A stretch of 64,000 nt of DNA from Octopus vulgaris (lineage: Eukaryota). The notes beneath the pieces were generated by a model. That model ran no database searches. It was not told where the DNA came from and worked only from the letters and a program-made list of their open reading frames with translations. The number at the start of each line of letters is the position of its first letter. The first letter of the stretch is position 1. The position numbers were made by a program, and so were the translations under genes. The stretch spans positions 61,008,001-61,072,000 of the forward strand of contig OX597815.1 of assembly GCA_951406725.2 (NCBI GenBank). The letters are read 5' to 3'. Shown one piece after another: positions 38,950 to 54,305 of the stretch.

Positions 38950-40936
38950 ACACGTTCGCAGCAGCAGCAGCAGGCAAAACGAGACCACGTTACAACATAG
39001 ACCTCACAAACAATGAGGAAAAGTTGGTCCTAGCCTAGAAACTCATCAAACACGAGCAAACTTGAGCCCATTTATCCATACCAAAAGAGGCAATTGAAGC
39101 AGTGCAGAAAAAACAATTAATTTCAGATACATTTCAGCGGAGACAAAGAAACCAGTAATAATAGGATAAGCAGTTATTGAAGCTGCGCTGAGATGTATCA
39201 GGGATGATACCGGGTACATAGCGAGGGGTAGACAACACGGCACCCTTTCGGTGCTTTTTAAGTCAGAAGCCCTTTGCAAAACCAGCAAGGTCAATATGTA
39301 CTCATACCATATGGGAAAAAGAATAGCGCATGTCCGAATTCCCAAGATTCCACCAGGACTTGACATATGGTGGCTTCTGGGATGCGTAATCGAGCAAAAT
39401 TCAGATACCGACACGATAGAGAAGACAGAGACTGCCATAGAGTACTGGTCCTGGATGGATCTGGAATACGTCTCCAGAAAACTTCAAAGAATCCCGGACC
39501 ACATCCATCACCCAAACGGGACAGTATTGCACATAATGACTGAGGGCAGAGGGCTGCATTGTTTCGTTTGTGGAGAAACTACTCATTTGCAAGCCTTCTG
39601 CCCTCAACTGATAAAAGGTCCAAGAGGTTGGAGGCCTCCACTACTGCCTATGCCGGGACGGGGACCACAACCAACACCAGCACCGACAAAGCTACCAGCA
39701 ACAATAAAAGAAACACCACCAGAGTCATTAACCACCCTAGGGGAAAACGGGGAAAATCTCTCCCACTTACCCCACACTAATAAATACACATATAAATAAG
39801 AATATAAACATACACACATACACAAACACACACCCACAGACGCCTCATCTTTCTGCAGTGAAGATGAAGGAAAACCAAAAGGCTCCAAAAAACAAAGAAG
39901 AAAACAACAGAAAAGTTTCTCAAAGTATAAAAACACCTTCAATAAAAAATACAGACGCCACTCACGCAACCATCTCCCCAGTAACACCAACACCATCACT
40001 ATCACTAGAATCCTCCAAACACAAACAACCTAAACAGACACAAGAACAAACACTCACACAAACATCTGAAACTGAAGATGCCACACTCAGCAAACACAGA
40101 CACGACCGGAACAACGACAAGAACATCACTATCATACTCCAGCAAACAAATAAAACAACACCAGCAAAAAACACCCAACTTCGTACTCATCAGAAGGGAC
40201 GACGAGATACTGATGGCTCTAGTAGTACAAAACATTAAATTTGAACCAGTTTACGCTCCTACTGGAGCCAAACGGCCGGATTTCTTTGGGCGTCTGGAAG
40301 CCTTTCTGGGTACGTCTCGCCCTTTACTGTTAGTGAGGGATTGGAACGGAATATTATATGCGTTTATATACCCTCCAGCCTTCATCAGGCTGGAGGGTAT
40401 ATCAGCCGAAACGTTGTGTTAACAAGAAACAAGATGAGAACAAATACCCGTCAAATGTAAATAATGTGAATGATAGTGTAGGATGTCCACTTTTTAAAAC
40501 GGTCGCCTATTCAAGTCACAAGTTTTCAATCTGTACGGTCCTAGATAAGATGCGTAGGTTAGGACCCGGGTACTAAAAGCTGAACATTGTCATTTCCGGT
40601 ACCTAAGGATTACAGGGAGTGGGTCAACCACTCAATTAAGCAAAAATTGACAGTGGGGGTCGTCAGCAACAGGTGGTGGTGGTGGGTGGCTCTCGAAAGA
40701 GAGATTAAAGTAATATCGATAGGGTTCAGCAAAGAAGTAGCGTTACAAAAGAATATAAAGCAGGAGGAGCAAGTAGCCAAGTTAGACGAGATTTTTTGTA
40801 GTGGCATTGCAACTGACGTTCCTAGCAGCGACAATGGCATTAGACCAGTTCTTCAAGGCGAAACGTTAAAGTTGCATTGTCAAAGTTAAGGTGCGTACTT
40901 TGAGAAACAAGGGAACCAACACTGTTCAAAGGGGCG
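38950..40936 (+). mobile_element. Tx1/L1-type LINE 5' part (ORF1 plus decayed endonuclease), 3'-truncated; may extend left to ~38134
   Basis: ORF1 TEGRGLHCFVCGETTHLQAFCP is homologous to the knuckle at ~20750. VYAPTGAKRPDFFGRLEAFLGTSRPLL, GPGY*KLN and CIVKVKVR match ORF2 of the 16-21 kb copy. Confidence 0.85.
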
Positions 40937-40944
40937 AAAAAAAT

Positions 40945-41093
40945 CAGCAGAAGTTCGCCATTACCTTCTGCTGGAGCCGCGTGGAGCTTAGGTGTTTCAC
41001 TTATAAACAAACACATCACCCGATCTGAGATTCGAACCCGCGATCCCTCGACTGCGATTCCGCTGCTCTAACCACTAGGCCATATGCCTCCAC
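40945..41093 (-). mobile_element. SINE family B 5' part (tRNA-like head)
   Basis: Minus strand GTGGAGGCATATGGCCTAGTGGTTAGAGCAGCGG..CGCGGGTTCGAATCTC has A and B boxes and continues into non-tRNA sequence shared with 28816-28900. Confidence 0.8.
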
Positions 41094-41099
41094 TACAAT

Positions 41100-43320
41100 A
41101 CACATTAAGCAAGAAAAATATAAGAATGAAAATTCCCAAATACGGAGTAGGATAACCACTCAGGGTTGGTTGACGTACACCACCAATCCTGACCCGCCCG
41201 ACGATTCGAGGATAACCGGGAAGGGTACAAATCTTCTCCACAAATTCGCCAGTCTATAGGCGCAATATTAGAGTAGATCCACTCTCACGGGCCATTTTCG
41301 CTACGTTCACCCACCTTTCTGCAAATGTACTGGGGTTGGAGGTGCATCACTTCTCTCTCCATCCTCATCTTCCTTTCCAAGTGAAATTTTGGAAAAGGGA
41401 TTGGCCGAAGAGAAAAGTGTATGTCTTCAGTCCTTTCAACGTAGTCCATCATACAACCTCTTTCATGACTGCTGCCAAATAGGAAAATTGCCCGGCTTTC
41501 CTAGCCAAAGGAAGGCGGCGGGTCGATCTTCGCTATAGACTTGACCGATAGCCGGATCCGTCCTACACGCGACAACAGCTGTTCGACATAGCTCCACAAG
41601 TCAGTAATGCACGGACACTGGACGAGTGCTTGCAGAACGGTTTCATCGCTCTACAAGTCTGACAGCACTCCGGCAGTGCCCCCACCCTGATAGCACCGTC
41701 AAGCGAGAGATTTCTGGAAGTTATCTATCGTCTCACGCCCGAAAGTCCTCCAGAACAAACTGGTCAGTTCGACTTCGTCAACACTCAGAGCCTCTCCAAG
41801 TGCGTCATCGCATTTTCCCACCACTAATCCTCTATAGAAATCAAGAGTGGATGTTCCACTGACCGATTTTCCCACTTGGTAGGGAGCAGTGAATGCCTGG
41901 CAGCATTCCAGGTGCCAGTCACCCTGTCTGGGTTTCTTTTTGACCCAGGACTGCAGCTCAGTCAAAGAAACGGTCTGGGGAAAGGTCAATTAAACAAACG
42001 GCGACAATACCTGTTCACCGTTTAGACAGAATATCTAAAGATGCCGCAGCCTCAGTGCATGTCTACGCATCATTATCGACGGCATGCCCAGCCCTCCACG
42101 TAGAGAGTGTTGGCAGTAGATGGACCGCCTCACCAACGGAAGGTCTCACGCTCAAGAATTTGAAGAGGAGGCGCATCAACTTGGCGAGGTGCAAACGGGG
42201 GCAAGGCACAACGGTCGGGCAGTAGTAGATGACAGATGCGATGTACGTATTCGCCACCTCCGCTCAACATTTCAGTGATAGTTTCCTCGTTAGCCAATTC
42301 TTATCTACCTGGAGGTCAGGTCCGAACCAAACCACAAGCAACTTTACCTGTCTCTCCGCCCAGCACCCAATGATGCTGTTGGACGGCATGGACTTGCCTC
42401 TCCAGGTACCAAGCTGCAAGCCCACCGACTTTTCCTGGTTAAGTTTTGTTCCCGTCAACTCTTCGTATTCCTCCAATGATGTGCCGAGCACCTCGATTTC
42501 TGAGGTGTCCGACACCATCACGGTGATGTCGTCCGCATAAGCTGACATAGCTCTTCTGCGTCCCGATTCGAGCGGGATGCCCTGCAGCAGTTCCAGCTTC
42601 TGCAGTAAAGGTTCTCTCATGTATCGTATGAGGTAGAAGTTGTGTATGGACCTGGTCGGGATTGCGTAGGTTTATGCCTCCCCAACCAAATCTTCGACGT
42701 CAAGCGCCAACCTCTTCGCTAACACCTTGGCCAAAATCTTAAACCCTGTGTTGAGTAGAGTTATGGGCCTGAAGTTGTGTAATGTGTCCTTCTTGTTTTC
42801 GCCTTTCCTTAGCGTCACTACGCCCTGGCTCACAGAACTGGGAATACTTCTACAGACCATCCAAACCGGGTGACTTGCGCCTCGTGGAGCCGACAAGGGC
42901 ATCCTGAATTTCGGCTGAAGTTCTCTGTCTTCTGCAGCGCTCAGCCGTCGGCCGTCGAGAGACGCGGCAAACCGCCGAAGTATGGATTGAAATCCTCTAC
43001 AATCTCTAACTCGCCTCTCCACACCGAACAACCGAGCAAAGTGCTGGCGAAAGACCTCAAACATGTAGCTGAAATCGATCAGATCGTATTTGTCTCGGTT
43101 CGTCAAAGACCGAATTGCGGTTTTGTTACCATGCTGGAACACCGCCACGTGCGCCCATCGAACAGCTTTGGTCCCCTCGCTTCTCAGAACACGCGCCTTA
43201 ACTCTGACAATGCAACCTTTGCTCTATTTGATGAGTCTTCAGGGTAGAGCTAACTTTTCATCTTTGTGAGGTCTAGACTGAATCGTGCACTCATTTCGGC
43301 TGCTGCTGCTGCTGCTGCGA
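41100..43320 (-). mobile_element. Tx1/L1-type LINE copy with internal deletions (start of ORF1 joined to post-EN ORF2)
   Basis: HGNKTAIRSL, NFRPITLLNTGFKILAK, SAYADDITV, WFGPDLQVDKNW and DNFQKSLA are collinear with the 16-19 kb copy. The RT middle is deleted at ~42620. Confidence 0.9.
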
Positions 43321-43336
43321 AAATGTTGTTGATGTT

Positions 43337-43470
43337 GAAGAAGAAGAAGAAGAAGAAGAAGAAGAAGAAGAAGAAGAAGAAGAAGAAGAAGAAGAAGAAG
43401 AAGAAGAAGAAGAAGAAGAAGAAGAAGAAGAAGAAGAAGAAGAAGAAGAAGAAGAAGAAGAAGAAGAAGA
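43337..43470. repeat. (GAA)n microsatellite
   Basis: About 44 perfect GAA units. Confidence 0.97.
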
Positions 43471-43547
43471 ATGCCAGGATTATCAGTATGGCTCAATATA
43501 CAGGAACGGTGACAGATTCATCTCCATATTGCTGAAATCACAAATAT

Positions 43548-43783
43548 TGGTTTCAAACTTTGGCACAGAGTCAGTAATATTGAAAGAGAAGATAAGTCCT
43601 CAACTGGTGTTTAATTTATCGATCCCAAAAGACCCCCGGCAGCATTTGTACTCAGTCGACCCCCGGCAGCATTTGTACTCAGAACATAAAGTCAACAGAA
43701 ATTTGAAGTCAGAACGTTACGGCAGGCGAAATACCTCTAAGCATTTCGCCCGGCGTGCCAACGATTCTGTTAGCTCCCCACCA
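43548..43783 (-). mobile_element. SINE family C with internal duplication; degenerate relatives at ~5340-5580, 32175-32235 and 47410-47450
   Basis: Minus strand GAGCTAACAGAATCGTTGGCACGCCGGGCGAAATGCTTAG..CGTTCTGA..CTGAGTACAAATGCTGCCGGGGTCGAC. The CCCCGGCAGCATTTGTACTCAG unit is duplicated. Confidence 0.65.
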
Positions 43784-44276
43784 TAGTAATAATAATAATG
43801 ACAACAACAACCATTGACTGACAGTGTTAATTTTTTTATTGTTAAGTTATGAAAAATATTATTCTAAGTGATATTGAGGTTATGGAAATTTTCCAGAATT
43901 TGCCATTTTTTTAGTTATCAATCATTCTTCTCTTTTCTACTTCCTTCTTTCCCCCATCTCTCCCCCTCTCTCTTTAGCCTTCTAATCAAAATTGAAGACA
44001 GTTACTTGGATGATATAATTAATTGACTATCTACTGTTCCATTACTTTCTACTGATAAAGCACAATATACAGAAACAGACTGTCTATATATATAGAACTA
44101 AAAAAAATACCAAGTATTAAATCTATAAACACTATAAAAACTTGAGTCAAAGATATATAATGAGAATTTCGGAAAATAAAAAATAAACGAAATAATTTTT
44201 AATGTTCTCTTCTATTGCACGAAAAATGGATTAACCAAACTACTTTTTAAAGTTATTTCTTTTTAAAATGTTTCCA

Positions 44277-46366
44277 AGGTGTGGCTGTGTGGTAAGTAGC
44301 TTGCTTAAGAACCACATTGTTCCAAGTTCAGTTCCACTGCGTGGCACGTTGGGCAAGTGTCTTCTATTATAGCCTCGGGCCGACCATAGCCTTGTGAGTC
44401 ATATGTATGTATATCTCTCTATATATATAAAACTGAGAATGTGTGTCTGTCTGTCTGTCTCTTTCCCTAAAACTTAAGAACTACACAACCAATTTCATTC
44501 AAATTTTACACATGCCTTAGTGAGCGTCCGGGGAGTGTCATCGGCAAAAGTTTTTAACTTTTTGCCTAGGGCGAGCCCACAGCAATATCATATCTTCTCC
44601 ACTACGATTCCCTAAAATTTGAGAACTACACAACCAATTTCATTCAAACTTTACACATGCCTTACTTAGGGTCCTTGTAGTTTCATGGGGAAAAAAATGG
44701 TCAACTTCTTGCCTAGGGCGAGCCCATAGCAATATCATATCTTCTCCACTATCTCAGTATTACGTGTTAAAAGTGAAACAAAAACTTTTCTCTATTTTAT
44801 GCCAGATACTTTCACTTTAACAATAAAAATTAGAGATAATAATAACAATTGAATTATATGTAGTAAGTAATAATTAGAATCAAACTAAAGTATAATATAA
44901 TCGTAACATAACAAAAGTAAAAATAGCAATTGGTATAAAATTGTATCAATGACTTGAACTTGAATAGGTGGTTTTACATGAATGGGAATAAATTAAAAAT
45001 AAAATTAACATGCAGAAATGGAATAGTCCAGATGGAGCTGTGCACATACCCTTTACCACGGCTTTTACATTAGATTATCTGCTAATTAGCTAGCATTAAG
45101 TATCTATATGAAGTTTGGCTGTATGTAATGTCTGTTTTCTCGAACAGCCGCTTCTACTGAGTACTACTGTTGGTTTATTTCTTATACATAAAGAACTATA
45201 TTTTCAACTGCGTACTGCTTTTTGATTCACCGTAAGGTTTGTTGTTGTTATTATTACTGTTTAACTATTGTTATCACGTTTGTTGGTTCCTCGTAAGGGA
45301 AACGTTGTAGTGTTGCATTTGTTAAATAATTGTAAAAGAAGGAGCTTTGGTTATTGTTTAAAAATTGAATTGTGTCCCTGTTTGGGGAAATTGACAATAT
45401 TTTCACCGTTTACACGGAAGCATTTTTGTTAGAATGCCTTCGATAGAAGAAAGTCCAAAAATGAATTTCGCTGCAGCCGTCGGCGGGCGCGAACTCATTA
45501 AAATTAAAATGGAAGAAATACAAACCTATTTCGGATTGATCACAGACAAAGACGGTGAATCTAGGATAACACCACCAAACGAAATAAAAACTTAAATTAA
45601 AGAAAAGACTATTGTCTATAAAGTAAACAATGTAGAGAAAATAAAGATTTGAATACCTGGAGGAAAGCACCATCGAAAAGTGTCTTGGTGCGACTATGAA
45701 AGATATCTAACCATTCGCCACAATAGAAGCAAGGTTCGAGTCAACGGAGCGTACAAGGGAGTACTCGACTCGAACCTTGCAAAGTGAAAATATTTTATTT
45801 TTACCTTTATATCTGGGACGTAGGACATCCCGGATAAAAATTTAAAATGTCACCCCAGAAGTAGAGGTAAGCTGGATTGTAGCCACACTTCTATACAAGA
45901 GGGAGGACAAGATACAATTGATCGAAATTGCAAGAGACGGGCCTACAATTCCAGTCTGTTATATATTTTGAGTATTGTTATCACTAGCGATATCAAGATA
46001 TAACTTTGTATTTTGTATTTTATGTGTAGATGTATATATATAGACGTACATGTAATATGTACACATATATATACACATATATACATGCATTAGCACTATG
46101 ACCCGGCAACAACGGGTCATAGTGCTAGTATATATATATATATATATATATATATAGGTGTGTGTGTTTGCGTGTATATATTTGTGTGTCTATGTTTGTC
46201 CCCCCAACATCGCTTGACAACCGTTGCTGGTGTGTTTACACCCCGTAACTTAGCAGTTCAGCAAAATAGACCGACAGAATAAGTATTAGTCGATTTGCTC
46301 GCCTCAAGACGGTGCTCTGGCATGACCACAGTCAAATGACTGAAACAAGTAAAAGAGTAGAAGAGT
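44277..46366 (+). mobile_element. SINE family A split by a Helitron: 5' half 44277-44398, 3' half 46157-46366
   Basis: The two halves match consecutive parts of 24121-24542. Confidence 0.85.
44414..46128 (+). mobile_element. Non-autonomous Helitron (~1.7 kb)
   Basis: 5' A|TC..TATATAAAA and (GTCT)n near the 5' end. The 3' hairpin TAGCACTATGACCCG/CGGGTCATAGTGCTA ends in CTAG|T. There is an internal ~145-bp tandem duplication. A second copy lies at 61604-62908. Confidence 0.8.
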
Positions 46367-46539
46367 GCCTAACACAAACTTAACTAAATCTGAAGTAGCA
46401 TATATTTAGAGTACATTTTGGAGAGAGTTGAGGGAACTGATATAGAAAATTATTTGAAATTAACTCCACTAGGTCTTGGACAGAGGCAAATAAAAGAAAA
46501 ATTAGGACAGAGTTTAAATAATTAAAAAGTTGAGCACAT

Positions 46540-49485
<2,946 letters not shown>

Positions 49486-50227
49486 ATCGTATTTATTTGT
49501 GGTGCTCGTGTTATCTAGTCGGCTGAAACCTACGTCGTCGATTACTTACAGTTTCCATACGTGAAAATGATCACGTGGTGTGCCAGGTTGTCATGCTGAA
49601 ATATTAGTCGAAACAAAAAGCAGCATTCTCTATGAAAGGCAGTTAAAATACTCTATGGCATACGTGATGGCTACTATTCGGTTTCAAGCAATCTTCTCTT
49701 GATTGTTCTCTTGAGCATAAGCAGCATAGATATGGCTTTTCCGTCTTAGGACTTACAGTTCTTTACACATATGTGTCAACAATGGGAGCTGTTACAGTAG
49801 GTGTTGAGAGAAAGTTAGGAGCCACACGGCTCATAGTATGCAACAGTTAAAGAGTTGTTTAAAAATCAAGCGATTCCAGTGACTGATGCATTTTAAAGTG
49901 AGAAAAGGCTTTGCACTGGACGAAATCTCATTCTTAAAACAAGGAATGCATTTGTCCCCAAAGAAGAACTAGTCTAAAACATCACTAGATGCAAAGTCGT
50001 AGATGTTACATCAGAGATTTCCTCCTAGAATGATGTTAAAACATAAACTAGGGGATGTCTCTTTCTCTCTCTCTCTCACACACACACACATTTCATACAT
50101 ACATACATACACACATACATATATAATACACTCACACATCCATCCATCCATCCATCCATACATACATACATACATACATACATACATACATACATGTATA
50201 TCGCTATTATTGTTGGTCTCTCACTGA

Positions 50228-51700
50228 ACTCCCTATCATACCTAATCACAAAACACAGCAATTATAGGAATGGGTTCAATAGCATCGCCCACCTTTTCTT
50301 TCAAATATTGACCACATCAAAAAGCAACTGAATCGCATAACCCAGTTCTCCAAAGACATTGAAAGTCCAAACGTGCATTTTTGGTGGTAATCTTATGCTC
50401 TCATCCAAGACTATAAATATAAACATCCTTGAAATACAACCTCTGCTCTCTGGGGAAAGTTACAAATATCTTGGATAGGGTAAGAATGTCAGCTATGAAG
50501 GATCCATCAATAAGGTGAGGACGAAGAATGAGTATCTGAAGAGGGTAAAATCAATATGGACGTTAGCTCTCTCAGCTTACAACAAGCATATTACCAACGA
50601 CACCTTTTCAGTGCTTACATTTGGTCTTCTGAACTGCTCACAAGAACTCAGTATGATAGATGTTCGAACCCGTAAGCTGTTCAGTGTTACCGGAAACTTC
50701 AACATCAGTGGAAACGTAGACAAGGTTTACTTCCCACGCAAGGATAGTGGTCGTAGTCTCAAATCTGTATTGATGTCATATGAAGCACGTGTAATTCTCT
50801 CGCCTAAGTTAACGACCATGACATAATTAGAATAACTAATGAACTTAAGGAGAGGCATGAAATGAAAGCTGAATCAAATCTTTCCCCAAGGAGCATTGGT
50901 AAATTCTGTTTAACAGAAGAACAAAATAAAAAAAAAGTGGACCAGTTTGCTATAAAAGTAGTACATGGGAACTTGGCACGAAAGACACAAATCATGGAAG
51001 GAATTGATTACATCAAGGGCTTGACATGGAGTACCGGCAAGTTATAACATCTCACTACGAAGGCTACCTCCATGTATTTCAAGAATAACAGATCCCCATA
51101 AAACATTGACAAACAATAAATGTAGGTTGTGCAAAATTATGACTGAAGACATCAACCACATTATTGACTACGGTGAGAGAATGCCTTCCAGATGTTATTT
51201 TCCCATGAACCATGATGCAGTGGTCACAACAGCCAGGAACAGGACAACAATAGAGAAAACACCAACAGACGTTGTTTGTGTGAAGTTGACTAGATTGAGA
51301 CCGATGGGTCAAAAGAATCTTGGTGGAACTTAGAATTTAAAACAGTCACCAAGTTAAAACACAGCTGGTCAGATATTGCTGTGTGGGATCACAAGGAAAG
51401 GAAATGCTCTGTTGTGTCCAGATGTCCTCTGGACATCAATGGAGTTAGAAAAATACAGGTAAAAGAGGACCTCTATGAACTATTGATTAGAAATTTGCAA
51501 ATCCAGTACCCAAGATACACTTTCAGCTCATACCTATTGCCATTGTAGCCACTGGATAACGTACCAGCCCGTCTGGAGCAAAGTATGGCTACACTTTGGC
51601 TCTTGAGAGAGAACGTAACTCCTTAATTCATACACTACAAATAATCACAATATGAAGGACAATACAAATCTGCAAGACCTTCTCAAGATTTAAAGGATGA
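50228..51700 (+). mobile_element. R4/Dong-type LINE fragment, old and decayed
   Basis: IAHLFF, YKYLG, EYLKRVKSIW..LSAYNK, IDVRTRKL..FNI..VDKVYFPRKDSGRSL, KCRLCKIMTEDINHII, DIAVWDHKERKC. Confidence 0.82.
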
Positions 51701-52611
51701 ACAAAACAAGATGCATTCCTATACAACCTTGCTACCAAGTAGGTGATCGGTTAAAATTAACTCTAAATTAAAAAGAGAAAGAGAATGCGTGCACACATGC
51801 ATTCCTGCAAACATCCATAACTACAAACATGCATACATGTGAGTGCAATTCTTTTATTTTTGTTCTTTTGCTTCAATCGTTGGACTGCAGTCATACTGGT
51901 GCACTGCATTCAAAGATTTTAGTCGATTTGGTTACGATGTCTAGCATGGGAGTGCTAGGTTATGGGACCTAAACGTGAATACAGACGAAGAGGGTGTGTA
52001 TGCATTTTGTCTACGTGTAGATGTTTGTGTGAAGACGTAAACGTAAACAAGGGAGAGAATAATGAGCAATCAATACTGAGTGTAGAATAACATAGTTTAT
52101 TAGAAAATAAAAAAACTTTGCAAACCATTACTCCGAGCTTCGCATTGCCGATCTACAGAGGATTACGATAAATGGAACGTGAAATTCGGTATATAATTAA
52201 CAGACAGTGAAAATGTTTGAGTATTTTAGCGATGATTGGTTGGATGATATGAAATAAGAAAAGGGATACTATTCGATACGGAAATAATAATTTATTTCAA
52301 AATAAGAAGAGATCTAGAGTTGGAAAGGCAAGAATATATCATACAAGGCAATATACACGATATAAGAACATGTATGTCTTCTACACTGTAATTAAAAGAA
52401 ATTGGATGTTACACACCCAATTTCTTTTAATATTTGATGAATCTTGTAGTAAATTTTCTTTCGTATTCTTAAATGTATGTATATGTTAATAAAACAAACT
52501 TTAAGGAAATTCCCGGTTAGACTGATAAATTTCCAGTAAACATTGTTATAGACAGGCTGAACAAATAGATTGGAGTCTTTGGAGGAAGAAAACCGTTCAA
52601 CAAATCTCTAT

Positions 52612-52830
52612 AGTGTGTGTGTGTATTGTGTCTGTGTTTGTCCCCCACCACCCCTTGACAACCGGTGCTAGTGTATTTACGTTCCCGTAACTTAGCAGAT
52701 CGACAAGACCAAAGAATAAAAACCAGGCTTAAGAAAAACACAAGTACTGGGGTCGATTAGTTTGACTGATATTCTCCTAGGTGGTGCTGCAGCATGACTG
52801 CAGTCTCAGGCCTGAATCATGTAGAAGATA
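52612..52830 (+). mobile_element. SINE family A, diverged 3' half
   Basis: GTGTTTGTCCCCCACC..CTTGACAACCGGTGCT..AAGTACTGGGGTCGATT..GGTGGTGCTGCAGCATGACTGCAGTC. Confidence 0.8.
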
Positions 52831-53010
52831 CATCATATAGAAACATACATACATACATACATACGTACAGTCAACAGATAACATCCTAAATATTAGGGAT
52901 GAAATCTTCTCCCCATATATATATATGTGCGCGTGTGTGTGTGTGTGCGTTTCTTTGTGTATGTGTGTGTGTGTGCGTTTCTTTGTGTATGTGTGTGTGT
53001 GAGCCTGCGA

Positions 53011-53048
<38 letters not shown>

Positions 53049-53089
53049 GAGATAGGTTTCAAAGTAAAAAGACTACACGTTGTATAAAT

Positions 53090-54235
53090 AGAGGAAAAGT
53101 AAAATGAAAACAGAGAAAATGCACATTAGATATAAAACAAAGGCTTTTTAAAGAAAAGTAAAGATATATACAAACAATTAGATTATTTGGGGTGGAACTA
53201 TGAAGTATATAAGTCTTTATTATGAATCATTAGAGAGATTCAAAGACATACCAGTATCATCAGAGCTGATCACTGACTTTGAATGAACACCGGTTTCCAA
53301 ACGGTGTTGGGTCTAATAGTACCTGAGTGAAAAGATGACATGCAAGGGAGGTTTGCAGTTCTGGAAGTGATGCAATTAAGGTGGATATAAATACTGGAAT
53401 ATGAATGGTATATGGGATGTTGGTATTGGTAAGGTTAGTGGTATCCTGTATTAAGCTGTGTATTCATGCTGAGTTGTGGATGATATTTATAAATGAAAGT
53501 TGCCTCTTTATTTAATCTTTGCTGTACTGAGGTATTCTGTGAACATTGATAAAAAGGTAAAATTAGGAAATTCGGTTTAAGGATCCTAGTACATCTTTCT
53601 ATGTGCTCACTGACCTGTGTCTGTCTATATTGTGGGTAGCGGATTTGTTCTTTGTGAAGAGTTGTTCTTCGTCGGAGTGACATTCCTGTTTGGCCCATAT
53701 AGGGATTTCCGCACCCTAATAGCGTAGATTAAGTTTTCAGAGGCACAGGTGATATTTGATTTTATCTTAGATATTTTATCTTGTTTGAAGTGAAAGTCGG
53801 TACCCTCCAAAAGGTGGGGCATGGGCCACAGTTAGGCCGCTCACATTTTTTCACTTTTGGTTCCCTTGTAACTGGATATTGTCTTGCGCTGGTTAATATT
53901 TTTTGCAACAATTTCGGTTACATTTTGCTCTTGATAATTTTGTGAGCTAAAAATTTTGTTCATTGTTTTATCTCCAGTGAGGATGGGTAGATTTTGGATG
54001 ATGATGTTGAAGGCCTCATTGTTTCCAGGGTTGTGTGTGGAGATGTATGGGAGTATTTTCAAGTCTGGTGTGGTATTTCGGTTAACTTCCCTTAATGCTA
54101 GAATTTATTAATGATGTTAGGTAATGTCTCCTGATTAGTATTGATTTAGGTTCAAGGGTCATCTTTACTTTTCTTTAAAAAAGCCTTTATCTTTTATATC
54201 TAATGTGCATTTTCTGTTTTCTTTTTACTTTTCTT

Positions 54236-54238
<3 letters not shown>
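53090..54238 (-). mobile_element. Penelope-like element remnant (GIY-YIG endonuclease) with ~75-bp inverted termini
   Basis: Minus-strand LPYISTHNP, ITCASENLIYAI, YMGQTGMSLRRRTTLHKEQI..VSEHI..RLNKEATFIYKYHPQL. 53090-53165 is the inverted copy of 54161-54238. Confidence 0.85.

Positions 54239-54303
<65 letters not shown>

Positions 54304-54305
<2 letters not shown>

Noticed and set aside
40945-41093. tRNA gene (also considered for 62909-62990 and the family A heads)
   Set aside because: A and B boxes are present, but there is no acceptor-stem closure and the sequence runs into SINE body shared between copies.
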